From: an uncultured Candidatus Binatia bacterium
GTDB lineage: Bacteria; Desulfobacterota; Binatia; Bin18
DNA length: 64,000 bases
Reading direction: 5' to 3'
Assembly: GCA_965214605.1 (NCBI GenBank)
Contig: OZ243961.1
Span: 3,840,001-3,904,000 of the forward strand
Position numbers and translations under genes: made by a program. Below are positions 19,081 through 31,322 of the stretch, one piece after another. The notes beneath the pieces are model-generated. The model searched no databases. It saw only the letters and a list, made by a program, of their open reading frames with translations, and had not been told where the DNA came from. How positions within the stretch are numbered: the stretch's first letter is position 1; every line of letters starts with the position of its first letter.

Positions 19081-20526
19081 ATGCCTATTCGTACCGTTGA
19101 GCAGTATAAAGACAGCCTCAAAGACGATCGTGTCGTGTATCTCCGTGGCCGGCGGGTGACCAATGTGACGGAGCATCCGCTGATTCAAAAGGCGATTGAT
19201 CACGAGGCTACCGACTATCGTTTGATGCACGATCCCGAATTCCGCGCTTTGGCCGTCGTGCGCCATCCGACTAGCGGTGAGGAGATGAGTCGCTATTTTC
19301 TGCCGCCTAGTAACGCCCAAGAACTGCTCAAGCGTAGTGAGCTGATTGAAACGGCGTGTCGGGAGGGCGGTACGCTGGTGGTGCTGGCCAAGGTGGTCGG
19401 CAGCGATGCCCTGTTTGGGCTGACACGGACCTGTCAAAAGGTCGATGCGGCCCTGAGCACGACCTATGCCCAGAATGTTAAGGCCTTCTATGAGTCGTGC
19501 TGGAAGAACGATGTAAGCTTTGCCCTGGCCCAGACCGACGTCAAGGGCGACCGCTCGCTGCGCCCTTCGGAGCAAGAAGACCCGGACCTGTATCTGCGCA
19601 TTGTTGAGGAGCGGCCCGATGGCATTGTCGTACGCGGGGCAAAAACCCACACCTCCAACACGACCCACGCCAACGAAATGATCGTGCTGCCGACCCGAGC
19701 GATGGGTGAGGCCGATAAGGACTATGCGGTGTCCTTTGCTATTCCGCTGAACACGCCGGGACTCAAACTGCTGATGAGCGGTTATGGCTCATATACTGAG
19801 CGCAACGAGTTCGACCATCCGGTCAGTTCGGGCCTGAAGATGACCGAAACCCTGACGGTCTTTGATAACGTGTTTGTGCCCAACAAGCGGATATTCCTCA
19901 AGGGTGAATGGCAGTTTGCCGGCCCACTGGCCCTGTCGTTCGTAGAGTACCACCGGCTGACTGCTATTTCGTATAAACTGCCGTTTCTTGACCTGTTAGC
20001 CGGGGCAGGTCGGCTGATGGCCGAATACAACGGAGTCGAAAAGGCCGCCCATATCAAAGAGAAGCTGTTCTGGCTGGCCAGTTATGCGGAAACGACCCGC
20101 TCGCTGACCCATATGGCGTGTATGAAAGCCGTGCCGAGCGACTCTGGTATGGTCATTCCTGACCCGACAACGGTCAATATCGCCAAGCACCATTTTGCGG
20201 CTAATTTCCACCAAGCCCTGTCCCATGTCCAGGACATTGCGGGCGGTATTCTCGTCACCGCCCCGTCCGTCGAAGATCTGCACAGCGAGGAGACCGGACC
20301 GCTGATTGAGAAATACCTCAAGGGCAGAAAGGGCACCTCGGGCCGGGAGCGTTTACAGCTGATCAACCTGATTCAAGACATCACCGCGTCCGACTTTGGC
20401 GGCTACCAAGCCGTGTTGGCGCTGCACGCCGAGGGCTCAATGGAGGCCGAGAAGATGCAGCTATACCGCGAGTACGACTGGCCTAGAGTCAGCGATTTCG
20501 CCCGCCGTATGGCCCGTATGGGGTAA
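19081..20526 (+). CDS. 4-hydroxyphenylacetate 3-hydroxylase / 4-hydroxybutyryl-CoA dehydratase family flavoprotein
   Basis: AQTDVKGDRS, VRGAKTH, VFDNVFVP..RIF. Confidence 0.88.
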   Translation: MPIRTVEQYKDSLKDDRVVYLRGRRVTNVTEHPLIQKAIDHEATDYRLMHDPEFRALAVVRHPTSGEEMSRYFLPPSNAQELLKRSELIETACREGGTLVVLAKVVGSDALFGLTRTCQKVDAALSTTYAQNVKAFYESCWKNDVSFALAQTDVKGDRSLRPSEQEDPDLYLRIVEERPDGIVVRGAKTHTSNTTHANEMIVLPTRAMGEADKDYAVSFAIPLNTPGLKLLMSGYGSYTERNEFDHPVSSGLKMTETLTVFDNVFVPNKRIFLKGEWQFAGPLALSFVEYHRLTAISYKLPFLDLLAGAGRLMAEYNGVEKAAHIKEKLFWLASYAETTRSLTHMACMKAVPSDSGMVIPDPTTVNIAKHHFAANFHQALSHVQDIAGGILVTAPSVEDLHSEETGPLIEKYLKGRKGTSGRERLQLINLIQDITASDFGGYQAVLALHAEGSMEAEKMQLYREYDWPRVSDFARRMARMG

Positions 20527-20540
20527 AACAAGGAGGGAAT

Positions 20541-21338
20541 ATGGGGTATGACTCTTTAGTCTACGAAAAGCAGGGGAGTATCGCGACGGTTACCATCAAT
20601 CGTCCCCACAAACGTAACGCCTGGACCACTCAGCTGTCTGAAGAAGTCATCGCTGTCTTTGGCGCCATGGAAAACGATCCCGAGGTCTTGGTCACGGTGT
20701 TCACCGGGGCGGGCAACAAGGCGTTTTCGGCAGGCGCTGACCTGGGCAATGAGAAAACCCATAAAGTGACCTCGGTCGGTGCCCATCTGGCAACGATCAG
20801 CCCGCGCGGCTTTGCCGTGTTCAACGCCGTAGCCGACTATCCCAAGCCGGTCGTGGCCGCGATTAACGGCTATGCGGTCGGTATCGGCTGCTTAATAACG
20901 CTGTGTTGCGATATTCTGCTGGCGTCCGACAATGCCGAACTCGGTCTGCCGCAGGTACCGCTCGGCATTATTCCGGCCTATGGCGGGGCGGTACGTTTGG
21001 CCCGCTATATTGGCCGGGGCAAGGCGATGGAGATGGTGTTGCTGGGCGAGCGGATCAGCGCCGCAGAAGGCTATCGGGTCGGTCTGCTCAACCGCGTCGT
21101 GCCATTGCCGGAACTGATGCCCTTAGCGTACGATTATGCCGCACGTCTGGCCGCCCTGCCGCCGCTGGCCGCCAAAATGGCCAAGGAGTCGCTGAACAAA
21201 GGGCTGGATATTGCCTCGCTTAAAGAGGCCGCCCAGACCGATATTTATCGGTTCATGCTGCTCGGTCAGACCGAAGACAGTCACGAGGCCCACAGAGCCT
21301 GGCGGGAGCGCAGAAAGCCGCAGTTTAAGGGCCGCTAA
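20541..21338 (+). CDS. Enoyl-CoA hydratase/isomerase family
   Basis: AFSAGADL, AINGYAVG. Confidence 0.9.
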   Translation: MGYDSLVYEKQGSIATVTINRPHKRNAWTTQLSEEVIAVFGAMENDPEVLVTVFTGAGNKAFSAGADLGNEKTHKVTSVGAHLATISPRGFAVFNAVADYPKPVVAAINGYAVGIGCLITLCCDILLASDNAELGLPQVPLGIIPAYGGAVRLARYIGRGKAMEMVLLGERISAAEGYRVGLLNRVVPLPELMPLAYDYAARLAALPPLAAKMAKESLNKGLDIASLKEAAQTDIYRFMLLGQTEDSHEAHRAWRERRKPQFKGR

Positions 21339-21371
21339 GAATCAAGTCCAAGTTTTGAAGGAGGAAGAACC

Positions 21372-22958
21372 ATGAGTCGATATACTGGAGCGGCCGCACC
21401 CCAAGCCGCGGAGGGGTGGCAGTTGTCGCGTTTGACCCCATCAAGTGAGCTGTTTGGAGCCAACGGCATGCGGTTTGGCCCGGACGGCAGAATCTATGTT
21501 GTCCAGGCCTTTGGCAGTCAGATCAGCGCGCTTGATCCGACCACTGGAGCCAAGGAAACCATCTCGCCGGTCGGTGCAGAGATTGTGGCGCCGGACGACA
21601 TCGCCTTTGATTCGCACGGCACAATGTACGTGACCGAGGTCATGAGCGCCCGGGTCAGTTCGCGGACGCCAAACGGTGAAGTCAAGGTCATTGCCGATAA
21701 CGTGCCGGGCGCCAACGGTATCGTGGCCTATCAAGACCGTTTGTTCATGGACGAGTGTCGTCCGGGCGGACGTTTGTGGGAGCTCTACCCGGACGGCCGG
21801 TCACCGCGGCTGATGGCTGACAATCTGCCCTTGCCCAACGCGTTGATGGTCGGTCCGGACGGCAAAATTTATTTTCCCCAAATCGCCGCCGGCGAGATTT
21901 GGCGCTGCGCGCTCGAAGGCGGCACCCCTGAGAAGTTTGTCGACGGCTTAGCCGTGCCTACAGCGGTCAAGTTCGACAAGAAGGGTCTGCTGACCACCAC
22001 CCAGGCGGGGAGCGGCGAGATCACCAAGATCGACATCCAGAACGGAGCCAAAACGCAGGTTGCCAGAGTCCGCCCGGGGATCGATAACTTTGTCATTGAT
22101 GATGACCGACTGTTCATTTCCCACTTTGTGGACGGGGGGGTGGCGGAGATCATGAGCGACGGCACAGAGCGGATTTTGATCAGCGCCGGTATGCTCGGCC
22201 CGTTTGGTTTGTCGGTCGGCAACGGAACGCTGTTCGCGGCCGACGGCATGAGTCTGATTGAGCTAACGGCCAACGGCCAGCAGAGCCGCCCGGCTCAGTT
22301 CCCCCAGGAAGGCTTTCCGGGTTTTCTGCGTGGGATAGCGGTCGGTCCGTCTGACAATGTGTATGCCAATATCTCGGCCGGTAATGTAGTGTCCTACGAT
22401 CTGAATGCTCATGAGACCAGCGTTATCACCGAGGGTCTGAACGAACTCTACGGCCTAGCGGTTACCCCTGACGGGTCGCTGGTTGTGGCCGAGGGTGGAG
22501 CCGGTCGGGTGCTGAGCGTGACGCCGGGTGGAGAGGTCTCGACCGTGGCGAGGGGCTTGGGCTGTCCGATGGGTATTGTGGTGGCCAGTGACGGAAGCTG
22601 TTACGTGAGCGATAGGGATCGGGGTCAGGTCGTGCATATCAACGGCGGCACCTCGACCGTTCTTGACGGACTCCAAAAGCCACACGGAGTAACGCTGTCG
22701 GGAGATCAACTGTTCGTCATTGATGCGGGCAGCAAAGAACTCATTGCCTACTCGCTGTCAACTCGACAGCGCCAGACCGTGGTTAGCAATCTGCCGGTCG
22801 GCGCTCCTCCGGGTATCACACCCAAGGCGCTACCGGGCATCGCCGAGCTCATTCCGGGACCGCTTACGCCGTTCTCCGATCTGGCCACCGGCAGTGACGG
22901 AACCGTCTATATTGCCGCGGACGGAGACGGCAGCGTGATGGCTGTCAAACGCACCTAA
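21372..22958 (+). CDS. SMP-30/gluconolactonase-like double beta-propeller
   Basis: Repeated P/NG....PDG blades over 528 aa. Confidence 0.8.
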   Translation: MSRYTGAAAPQAAEGWQLSRLTPSSELFGANGMRFGPDGRIYVVQAFGSQISALDPTTGAKETISPVGAEIVAPDDIAFDSHGTMYVTEVMSARVSSRTPNGEVKVIADNVPGANGIVAYQDRLFMDECRPGGRLWELYPDGRSPRLMADNLPLPNALMVGPDGKIYFPQIAAGEIWRCALEGGTPEKFVDGLAVPTAVKFDKKGLLTTTQAGSGEITKIDIQNGAKTQVARVRPGIDNFVIDDDRLFISHFVDGGVAEIMSDGTERILISAGMLGPFGLSVGNGTLFAADGMSLIELTANGQQSRPAQFPQEGFPGFLRGIAVGPSDNVYANISAGNVVSYDLNAHETSVITEGLNELYGLAVTPDGSLVVAEGGAGRVLSVTPGGEVSTVARGLGCPMGIVVASDGSCYVSDRDRGQVVHINGGTSTVLDGLQKPHGVTLSGDQLFVIDAGSKELIAYSLSTRQRQTVVSNLPVGAPPGITPKALPGIAELIPGPLTPFSDLATGSDGTVYIAADGDGSVMAVKRT

Positions 22959-23069
22959 TCGTGGGGGCAGTCCTGTGTGGCTGTCCCGTTGTCAGAGTCC
23001 TGGGATGCGCTTGGGCACAGCACCGGTCTGAACGGACTGGTGAGAATGAAAACGAGGCTATATTCCCCT

Positions 23070-23747
23070 ATGTCAAACTCTGCTTCTCCTACCCCGTCTG
23101 CAACCGTCATCGTTCTGCGCGATACCCCCACTGGTCTTGAAACCCTGCTGTTGCGCCGCAATTCCCGGCTGGCCTTCCACGGTGGGGCCTGGGTCTTTCC
23201 GGGCGGGCATATTGACGCCGTGGACCATGTGAACGGGGCTGAGGAGGATATGTTGACCGCGGCCCGAAACGCGGCCGTGCGCGAGGCTCAAGAAGAGGCC
23301 AACTTGGTGATCGGGACCGAAAAACTGGTCTTCTTCTCTCATTGGACGACGCCTATCGTCCGGCCCAAACGCTTCTCAACCTGGTTCTTTGTTGCTCCGG
23401 CCGGACAAGGGGCGGTTGCGGTCGACGGGGACGAGATCCACGACCACAGCTGGATGCGACCGCAAAAAGCCTTAGCCGCCCAACAAGCCGGAGAGATCGA
23501 GCTGCCGCCCCCGACTTTTGTTTCGATCACAAAATTGTCTGTTTTCCACACGATCGACCAAGTCCTGACCGGCTTGGCCGACCGTGAGCCAGAGATCTTT
23601 TTTCCCCGGATTCAGACAGTAACGGGTGGGGCGTGTTGCCTGTATCAAGGCGACGCCGGCTATGAGACCGAGAACGTTGACGCGCCGGGCGCTCGGCACC
23701 GGCTGTGGATGCTCAAAAGCGGCTGGCGCTATGAACAGGAGCCGTAA
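23070..23747 (+). CDS. NUDIX hydrolase
   Basis: VFPGG, AAVREAQEEANL, HWTTP..RF.TWFF. Confidence 0.9.
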   Translation: MSNSASPTPSATVIVLRDTPTGLETLLLRRNSRLAFHGGAWVFPGGHIDAVDHVNGAEEDMLTAARNAAVREAQEEANLVIGTEKLVFFSHWTTPIVRPKRFSTWFFVAPAGQGAVAVDGDEIHDHSWMRPQKALAAQQAGEIELPPPTFVSITKLSVFHTIDQVLTGLADREPEIFFPRIQTVTGGACCLYQGDAGYETENVDAPGARHRLWMLKSGWRYEQEP

Positions 23748-24553
23748 CCTCTCGGTGTCTAGCGGAACGCTTTCCTCTAGCAAAAGCGTTCGCCGTCCAT
23801 AGTTGATGCCGGTGACAAAGACTGTCCGGCGGAGCCAAACCTCCTGAGTCTCTGCATGGTCGCGGGGCCTTGCCGCAGATATCAATCGCTTGCCCTGGAT
23901 CGTGAGAGCGTTCTCCCGGCGGTGCAACGTCGCTTCGCCAAGCCCGGTTAGCGGTGTAAAGACGGGATGCGTCATCCTTTGATTTTTCCTGATCTGTCGT
24001 ATTTCGGTGAGGCCAGGAACCCCAAAATGTTGACAGACCGCGTCGTGTTTCAGCCGCTTAGCTTTGTCATCAAGAATTTACACGAGTCACGACGGCGCAC
24101 CGGCAGGGCTACGGGAGCTGAACGTGCGACGATACCTCAATGTGGTCACTGCCTCGTTGTTGCACTGTGGGCATATGTCCTTAGCTCTCTGACCCGAGGA
24201 GGGCGCTGAGCGATGCCGTATGTCATCTCCCTAGTCTCCGCGGCTTGGGGGCGCGAAGGCTGCGCCCCCGGATCTTCCCAGACTCGGTTTGAGCTTAGGG
24301 ACGGGAGCACCCGGCTTCCCAATCGCTTTTCATAGACGTAAGCTGTGGCTCCCGGCGGCTTGCGCAGGGGCATTGTCTCTCCATCGTGTCCGCCCTCAAG
24401 CGTAAAGGCGCTCGGTTCCCACGCCGCCGCGTCTAATGAAGTGGGTACCTCAAACGGATTGCGAACACCTGTGGCTTCCCTACTTGGGCAGGAGCGAACT
24501 CAATCACACGAATGGGGGGCTCCGCCTCGCAAGGATAGCGAGGTGGCATCGTA

Positions 24554-24722
24554 TCGAAAGGGACTTATAGACCTGTGTACCAAAATCAACCCGATTGCCG
24601 CGTCCGTGTCCGCCCCGTCGCGGCCTCATAATCCCAGTGGTTCTTAGACTTTACGCCAAGTACGACTTCCGCTAGCCGCTCCGGTGCGGCGTCGCTCCGC
24701 TCCGGCATAGAGTACTTGGTGG
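24554..24722 (+). repeat. Left ~170-bp inverted repeat of the island
   Basis: Reverse complement of 52973-53141 with 3 mismatches by manual alignment. Confidence 0.93.
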
Positions 24723-24749
24723 GGCGGCCCTTTGGTTTCTTCGGTTTCA

Positions 24750-25564
24750 TGCCAGTGCTCCTTCTTTCCCTTCACATACCCCCAGGTTCTTATTCTCTCG
24801 GCGTAACCCGCTCAGCGTAACCTGCTTGCTCTTGAGCTTATTGCACGGCCCACACAACAAGATACGGTTTGAAATATGATTCAATCCGCCGTCCGACCGT
24901 GGGTGTTATGATCCAACTCCAGGTAGCGCGGATCGTCAAACACGCGATTGCAGCCTTGACAGCGTGAGCCATGCTGTTCCAGGAGAAACTGCACCATCTT
25001 GGCCCGTGACATTTTCTGCCCTTTGGGGGCGTCCACTTTCAGTTTGGTTTTGAGGAACGGAACGGCCTCCTGTCCGTCGTCTGTCCGCTGGGGCGGTTCG
25101 GTCGCATAGTGGATTTCTCCCACATGGAAGAATTTCCCGTCTGGCTGACCAGCTGGGGCGAGTAAGTCTTCCTTGCGCAAACGTTCAACAACTGCGTCTT
25201 GCGCCTTGTTCCAGATGTCAATGCCAGTCCAACGGCGCTCAAGACGTTCTGCCGCTATCAGCGTCGTGGCACACCCACAAAAGGGGTCCAGCACCATATC
25301 CCCTGTATTACTGCTGGCCTTGATAATACGCTCGTACAACGTAAGGGGCTTTTGAGTCGGGTAGCTAAAACGCTCTTTTGCAGTTGGACTCAAAATGGGT
25401 TGGATGTCAGTCCACCGGTCATTTTCAACAGCTCCCTCTTCTTTTAATTCATAGTCTTCGTTTAGGTTCTTCTTGAACTGTGTTAAGCCGCGCTGGATTG
25501 TTCCAGCAGAATAGGGTCGATATTGAGTGTGGAAGGTGTACTTTTTCGACTTTACATAACGCAA
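24750..25564 (-). pseudogene. DNA methyltransferase-HNH fusion, 5'-truncated and frameshifted
   Basis: YPTQKP, VLDPFCGCATT; CQGC..LELDH then shifted NHISNRILLCGPCNKLK. Confidence 0.8.
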
Positions 25565-26785
25565 TACACCGATAGGGGCTGAACGCCCTCTTCGTGTTTG
25601 GGTAGGATAGTCCTCTCAAAACAAGGAGTGATCCCTGAACCTCCTCCCCCTTTGCCCCGGCTTTCCGTCGCACGCGGCCGGCCTGGCGCGCGTGGGGGCG
25701 GGCCGCCGCGGGGGCCCCCCGCCGCCCCCCCCCCCCCCGGTGACCGTGAGGGGGTGGCAAGAACGTCTGATGGGCACCGGGGCGGGCGGTGGCACGGCCC
25801 GGCGTGCCCGGCCCGTTTCACCGGGCTCGCCAAGCCGAGCCGGCCGCCGCCGACGCTTCCCGTGCCGCAGGGGGTTCTGGCGAGTGGGCGGATGGTGCAC
25901 GCCAAGCCGAGCCGGTCCAGCTCGCCGCTTTCCCGGGCCCGGGCCGGCCCCCCGCCGTCGGCCTGGTCGAGGCCGCAACGGCGGCGGCGCGCACGGGCGG
26001 CGAACCAAGCCCTGGGGCGCAGGGAGCTAGTGGTCGCCGCCGCCACCTCGGTCGGCGGGCAGCCGCGGCAGCGCACCCAACGGGCGGAGTCACACGCCCC
26101 CTGGCGCGGGGGGCTGGCGGCGGCTCAAACGGGCCGGGGCGGGCGCCCTCCTGCACTCCCGCAAGGACGTCCTGGCACGGGAGGTGGCAGAAGCCGGCGG
26201 GACGTCGAATCACCGGAACGAGACGCGGGCGTTTGACGCGTTCTTGGCGGCGGGGGCCGGGGGGCCCAGGCCCCCCGGTTAGCCCATCTAACCCAGGCGT
26301 TGCCGGCCTGGGTGCCCGGTCTGGAGAATGACGGTTACGCCCTTAACTGTGTATTGCGTTCAGGGGAGACAGGCTCCAAAGCAGGGTATTCATTAATTAA
26401 GGGGAGAATACGGGTTAACGCAAAGGTAACAACGGGTAAAAGTTTGTTCTTCCGCTCGAAAACGATACACCACTGATTGCGCGTTCGTCCCCACTCATCA
26501 AGGATTTTTTTTCGAGTTCCGATAGCCATTGCCCCGGCCTTTTCGAGGACTTTTAGGACATCTAGCCCTGCCCCCTCATCCAGTTCGATGGGAGTAGCGT
26601 TGAAGAGGTTAGACCAATGCCGGGACGAGCGGTATAATTGATTTTCACTCTCGCCTGCCGCAACACACAGAAGAGGTTGTCCCTGCTTTTATAGCGACCT
26701 TTCTCAACGCTGCTGGCGCTGCGTGTTCCAGTAGGGCGATTTGCGCTTGGGGCAGTGGTTCGGCTCCAGCTCACCTAGTGCTCTG

Positions 26786-27170
26786 TCAGTTTGGAATTGA
26801 GGGATAAAGATGGCTCATTCTGCGACGGGCATCTTGACAGGTAAATTGCCAGTGTACAATGGCCCCCGCGGCGTTGCGCTCCGTCGCCAGGGCCACAGTC
26901 TCCCGCCGGAGCGGCGCGGCGTCCGGGATGCGGCGGGACAGGCACTGCCGGCTGAACACCCCGATTTCAATCTCCGCCATATTGAGCCAGCTACCATGCT
27001 TGGGCGTATAGTGGAACTCCAGTCGGCGCAGCACCCGCCGGGCCTCGGCCGGCGCGAAGGCTTGGTACAAGGCGGCCGGTCGGTGAGTGTTGAGGTTGTC
27101 CAAAACCACCCGAACCACCTCGGCCTCTGGGTAAGCCTAGTCCACCAGCCACCGCATCTGCTGTTCCCAT
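26786..27170 (-). mobile_element. IS630-family transposase C-terminal remnant
   Basis: VLDNLNTH, HYTPKHGSWLNMAEIE. Confidence 0.9.
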
Positions 27171-27197
27171 AATGCCTCCCGGCGTGCCGTCACTATT

Positions 27198-28462
27198 TCA
27201 GCATATCAGCTTTTTGAATAATGCTTCGTAGGCATCCGCAGCCCGCTGCTCCGAGAAGTCAGCGGCTCGGCGACGCAGCATTTCCTCCGGCGGCCGGTCG
27301 CCTTGCAGCGTCTCCACCATCGCCTGCGCCAAGGCCGGGGCGTCCCCCACCGGCGTCAGCTTGCCCCATTTGCCATCCTCAAGGATTTCCCGCGGGCCGT
27401 GGGGCGTGTCGGTGCTCACCACCGGTGTGCCGCAGGCCAGGGCTTCCAGCAGCACGTTGGGCAGCCCCTCCCAATGCGAGGAAAGCGCCAACAGCCCGGC
27501 CCGGCCCATATAGGGAAAGGGGTTCTCGTCAAAGTCCACAAACCCCAAGTCTGCTTCCACCCCGTAGTTGCGGGCCTGGGTAATCAGCCCGGCCCGGTAC
27601 GGCTCCGAAAGTTGGCCCATTAGGACCAGCCGCGCGTTGACGCGGCGGCGGGCCAGACCGAAGGCTTCGAGCAGCGTGGGGTAGTCCTTGGCGGGCCCCT
27701 CTCTGCCCACGTTCAGAATGACCGGCGGTTGGCCGTCGGCAAACTGGGGGGGGGGGGGGGGGAGACCATCTCCTCTTGCGCCGCCCGCCATATCGCGTCA
27801 CACGGTATGGGATTGTGGATGGTGTAGACACGCTCAGCGTTTATCCCCAAAACTGCTCTACACTGGCCGGACACGCCTTTTGAGACGGCAACTACCGCCT
27901 CCGCCTTGGGATAGAGCGCCCTTGCCTCGGGCAGCCAGTCTCCAGTGTAGCCCAAGACGACATTAGAGTGCTCCGAAACAACCACGGGAACGGAACGGTT
28001 CGCCAGCTCCGTCGCACCTAAGATGGCGGGGATGTTGGAATGACCCGGCGCAGACATCAGCAGCTGGGGGCGCGCCCGGCGAATGTAGCGGGCGATTACC
28101 CAGGCAAAGACTGCCTGGTTCCACCCGACACGCACACCGGGATACTTCCACCTGAGATTATGCCAAGCCCAAGCTAGGCCCATCGGGTTGATGGTCAGCG
28201 CGTTCACCTCGATGCTGCGCCGGAGGCGGTGACGGAGCAGCTTCCGGTCCAAACCCGGCAGCCTCGGATGGTACAGCCGTACCCCCTGCGGAATGCCAGC
28301 CCGGTACACTCCCCTGACGCGCGCCCCCACCAAGTCTATCCTGTGGCCGCGCTCGATGAGCGACGAGGCCAGAGTGAGCCCAACCCGCTCCGCCCCGCCA
28401 CTCCCCAGGCCGGGAAACACGAACCCGATATGCAGCTTACCCGGCGCGGTCATTTGTATCAC
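27198..28462 (-). pseudogene. Glycosyltransferase family 4, split at a homopolymer tract
   Basis: GGAERV in 27713-28462; EGLPNVLLEALACG in 27198-27791; G17 run at 27746-27762. Confidence 0.85.
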
Positions 28463-28559
28463 GCTGCGGATCGCCTTCAGAGCGTTCCGCTACGACCTCA
28501 TTGACCTCGACCATAATCTGCGGGCCAAAGATGGGCCTCCATCAAGTCATGGTCGTCGT

Positions 28560-28804
28560 GTTCCATGAAGGGCTCGACCTGGGCCAAGGTGAGGGCCTGC
28601 GCCTCACACCAGTCCGCGAAGCGGTAGGCCGCCGTGACGTAGGCCAGCCGGGTATTGGCAGTGCGGATGTGCGCCCCAAAGAACTCCCAAAACCGCTGCT
28701 GGCCCTGGCGCGTCTCGGCAAAGAGCTGGGGGGTGAACCCGCCCAGCAATCCGGGCCGGCATCGGCGGGCCACCCGGCCCTCTTGCCGCGATGTGCATCG
28801 TCAT
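28560..28804 (-). pseudogene. Tyrosine recombinase N-terminal remnant (copy 1)
   Basis: RFWEFFGAHIRTANTRLAYVTAAYRFADWCEA, near identical to 46250-46400. Confidence 0.85.
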
Positions 28805-28823
28805 CCCTCCCTCCTTGCTGGAT

Positions 28824-28850
28824 GTGACTCATAACAGGATTATGAACCCC
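28824..28850. other. dif/Xer-like recombination site (degenerate)
   Basis: ctcataa-cagga-ttatgaacccc just upstream of recombinase copy 1. Confidence 0.5.
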
Positions 28851-29041
28851 TCACACCCCCCCGCTTCGCCTCCTCCTGGCCGGAGGCCGGGCGTATGTGT
28901 CGAGCGGGTTGCGGCCGGGTGTCCCTCGGTGGGAAGGATAAAGAAGGGCTGATGATTTGTGTTGACTGCCTGAGCAATGTCCGCTCCTTGATTGGGCGCA
29001 GGTGGCATCTTCGACGGCGGTCTCTGTTAAGCCACCCGCCG

Positions 29042-31322
29042 TCATTCATCATCTCCGACAGCGGGTGTTTTCACCAAGCTTTCCATCGCTTCAAAATGTT
29101 CGAGGTCCTGCGTCTTCATAAAGTCGAGGATACTCTGAAGCACTGGACGCGCTTCTGCAAGTGACGACAGGTCATGCTCCGGCTCACCGATGAAATCGCT
29201 GTGGGAATACGTGTGTACGAACCGTATAATTCGCGTTTTCGCAGCTTCGTCGAATTTTATATCTTTCAGCTTGTTCCACAACTCGCCAGACGCTCGGGGC
29301 TGGCGGAACGCAAGAAACCCTTCCAAAAGGCGACGGGCCATATTTGGCAGTATGTAGTTCTCCTCAAGTGCTATTGGTGACGTGGCTTGCGCTTCCAAGT
29401 AGATACGGGAGAATAGATAGTGGTACTCCGACTCGTATCGCTCAAGAAGTCGATCAAGAGGACACAATTCCGAGAAACGCCGGGCTCCGTTGAATCGCCA
29501 ATCAAGCATGTAAAACCGCGCCGGCCTTACATTGACATCCCGCTTCCTTTGCCCCTTCAGATGGTGAAACCAGTTCTTTACATGTCTGAAGAAGGTAAAG
29601 TTGTGAGTGAGAATGAAAAGTTGCGCCACATCTTGTGTGCGCTGTTGTATATAACCGAAGGCTAAAAAGAGCGCATTAGCGTCAAGGCTAGAGACAGGGT
29701 CGTCTAGCACTACTACGCCCTTGGACGAGTCAAAGCCCCGGTCTTGCAGGGACTTCAAAAAGTAGAGCAAGGCGATCGCCGTGTTTTCCCCCTCGCTCAG
29801 GGCCTGCGCCTGTTTGCCATTTCGCATGATCGCATATCCAGTGTCCTTGACAGCAAGCTGGAGCTCACCATGTCCTAGATATCTGTGTAGATCCTGATTG
29901 AGTTCTTCGGCCGGCCTCTGATGCTCGGTAATATCGCGCTCAAGCTCCTTGATCTGCTCCACAAAATGCTTGACATCTCTGTCTGCTCGTGCAACATCCA
30001 ACTGGGCATTGTTCTCATCGTTCACCAGTCGATTGAAGTCCTCCAGGGTTTCCGCGACTGAATTAGCCTCCAGGCGTTCTCTTGCCCGTTTGACTTGTGT
30101 CTCGAACTCGTCGCAAGCGCTATTATGTTTCCGTACCGCTTGATTCACACTTTCGAGGATTTCCGGCGGCATCTCTGGTACAGGCGTGTCGAGCATGTAA
30201 CTTTCGAAGGCTCGCCCCTTCTTTCGTTTCACTTCTTCCACCAACGCATCGAGTAAGGCTTTCCCAGTCTTCGACGCTTCAATAAGCTTACCCTTAGCGG
30301 TCTCATATTCCCCGGAGAGTTCTTCGTGGAAGTCGCTGGAATACGGTAACTCCATTAGTTCCGACTGCTTCGCCGCCTTCTCCAACATTTCAAGTTGGTT
30401 GTCCAAGCTTTTGAGAAATTGCTCATACTCGTCGCTAAAGTGGGCCTCAAGGTCTCGCATACGGTCTCTCGGCAACGCTTGGTCACAGAAGAGGCAGCGG
30501 TCCGTATGACGCTCCTGGTGCAAGCCGCGTCCTTGATATACCCATAAAGAGAGGGCCTGGCCGTCCTTCAGTGGTTGGATCACAGCGGACACGACGGTCG
30601 TCTCAAGCAGACGCGAGACTTCCTTTGCGTGCGTTGACAGCACGGGAAGCTGATAAGCGATCTCAGAAATTTTTGCTTTTGGTGTTGACCGATGATGCTG
30701 CCGGAGAAGCTTCTCGCGCTCACTATCGCTGAGACGAGAGCTTGTCGCAGCACCCGAGCTCACCATCTTCTCTGCGCACTTCTGATAATGGGACTTATTA
30801 TAGTTATTGTACCGACTTGAAGCAGACGATCTCAGCATATCCTTAATCGCCTTTGCTCGGTCGATGCAATGCTGGTCTTAAAGCCTTGGCGGCAGCGTCA
30901 TTGGCTGACCGAGCTTCTTGCAGCGTAGCTTCCGCAACTGCGCGGTTCTCCTTGAGACGCTCTATTGCCTGTTGCTTCTCAACACTATCCTTGCCGAGGA
31001 CCAAAATCTGAGCCATATCACCGCCCCCAGCCGGGAAGACATTGTCCGACACAAAGTCCCGATTGAACACGCGAACTGGTGTGTTTATTTGCTCGAAATC
31101 GGAACCCTTGACATTCCTTCCCTTGATGGAGAGATCAACATCAAACTCCACGGGCTTCCTCATCTCCAGAGCCTGAAAGAGTCTGCTGATTGTTGTCTTG
31201 CCAGACCCATTCCAGCCATAGATTAAATTGTAGCGCCCAAAGCTAGCCATGTCTGTTGGCCACCGGAAATTGCGAAGCATTCCAGGGTACTCCAATTTCT
31301 GAATCTTTTCTATCAGGACCAT
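29042..31322 (-). pseudogene. rloC: RloC-like AAA_13 ABC ATPase/HEPN anticodon nuclease, one frameshift near 30880
   Basis: GWNGSGKTT, CLFC zinc hook in coiled coil, LSEGE, VVLDDPVSSLD, LTHN, RRLLE and RFVHTYSH; removing one base gives a ~759-aa ORF. Confidence 0.82.

Noticed and set aside
25640-26330. Overlapping Pro/Arg/Gly-rich ORFs in an extremely GC-rich tract
   Set aside because: No recognisable motif; long ORFs are expected at this GC; may be a corrupted or decayed gene.
26335-26774. Short low-GC ORFs beside the IS630 remnant
   Set aside because: Probably a gene fragment, but no family could be assigned.
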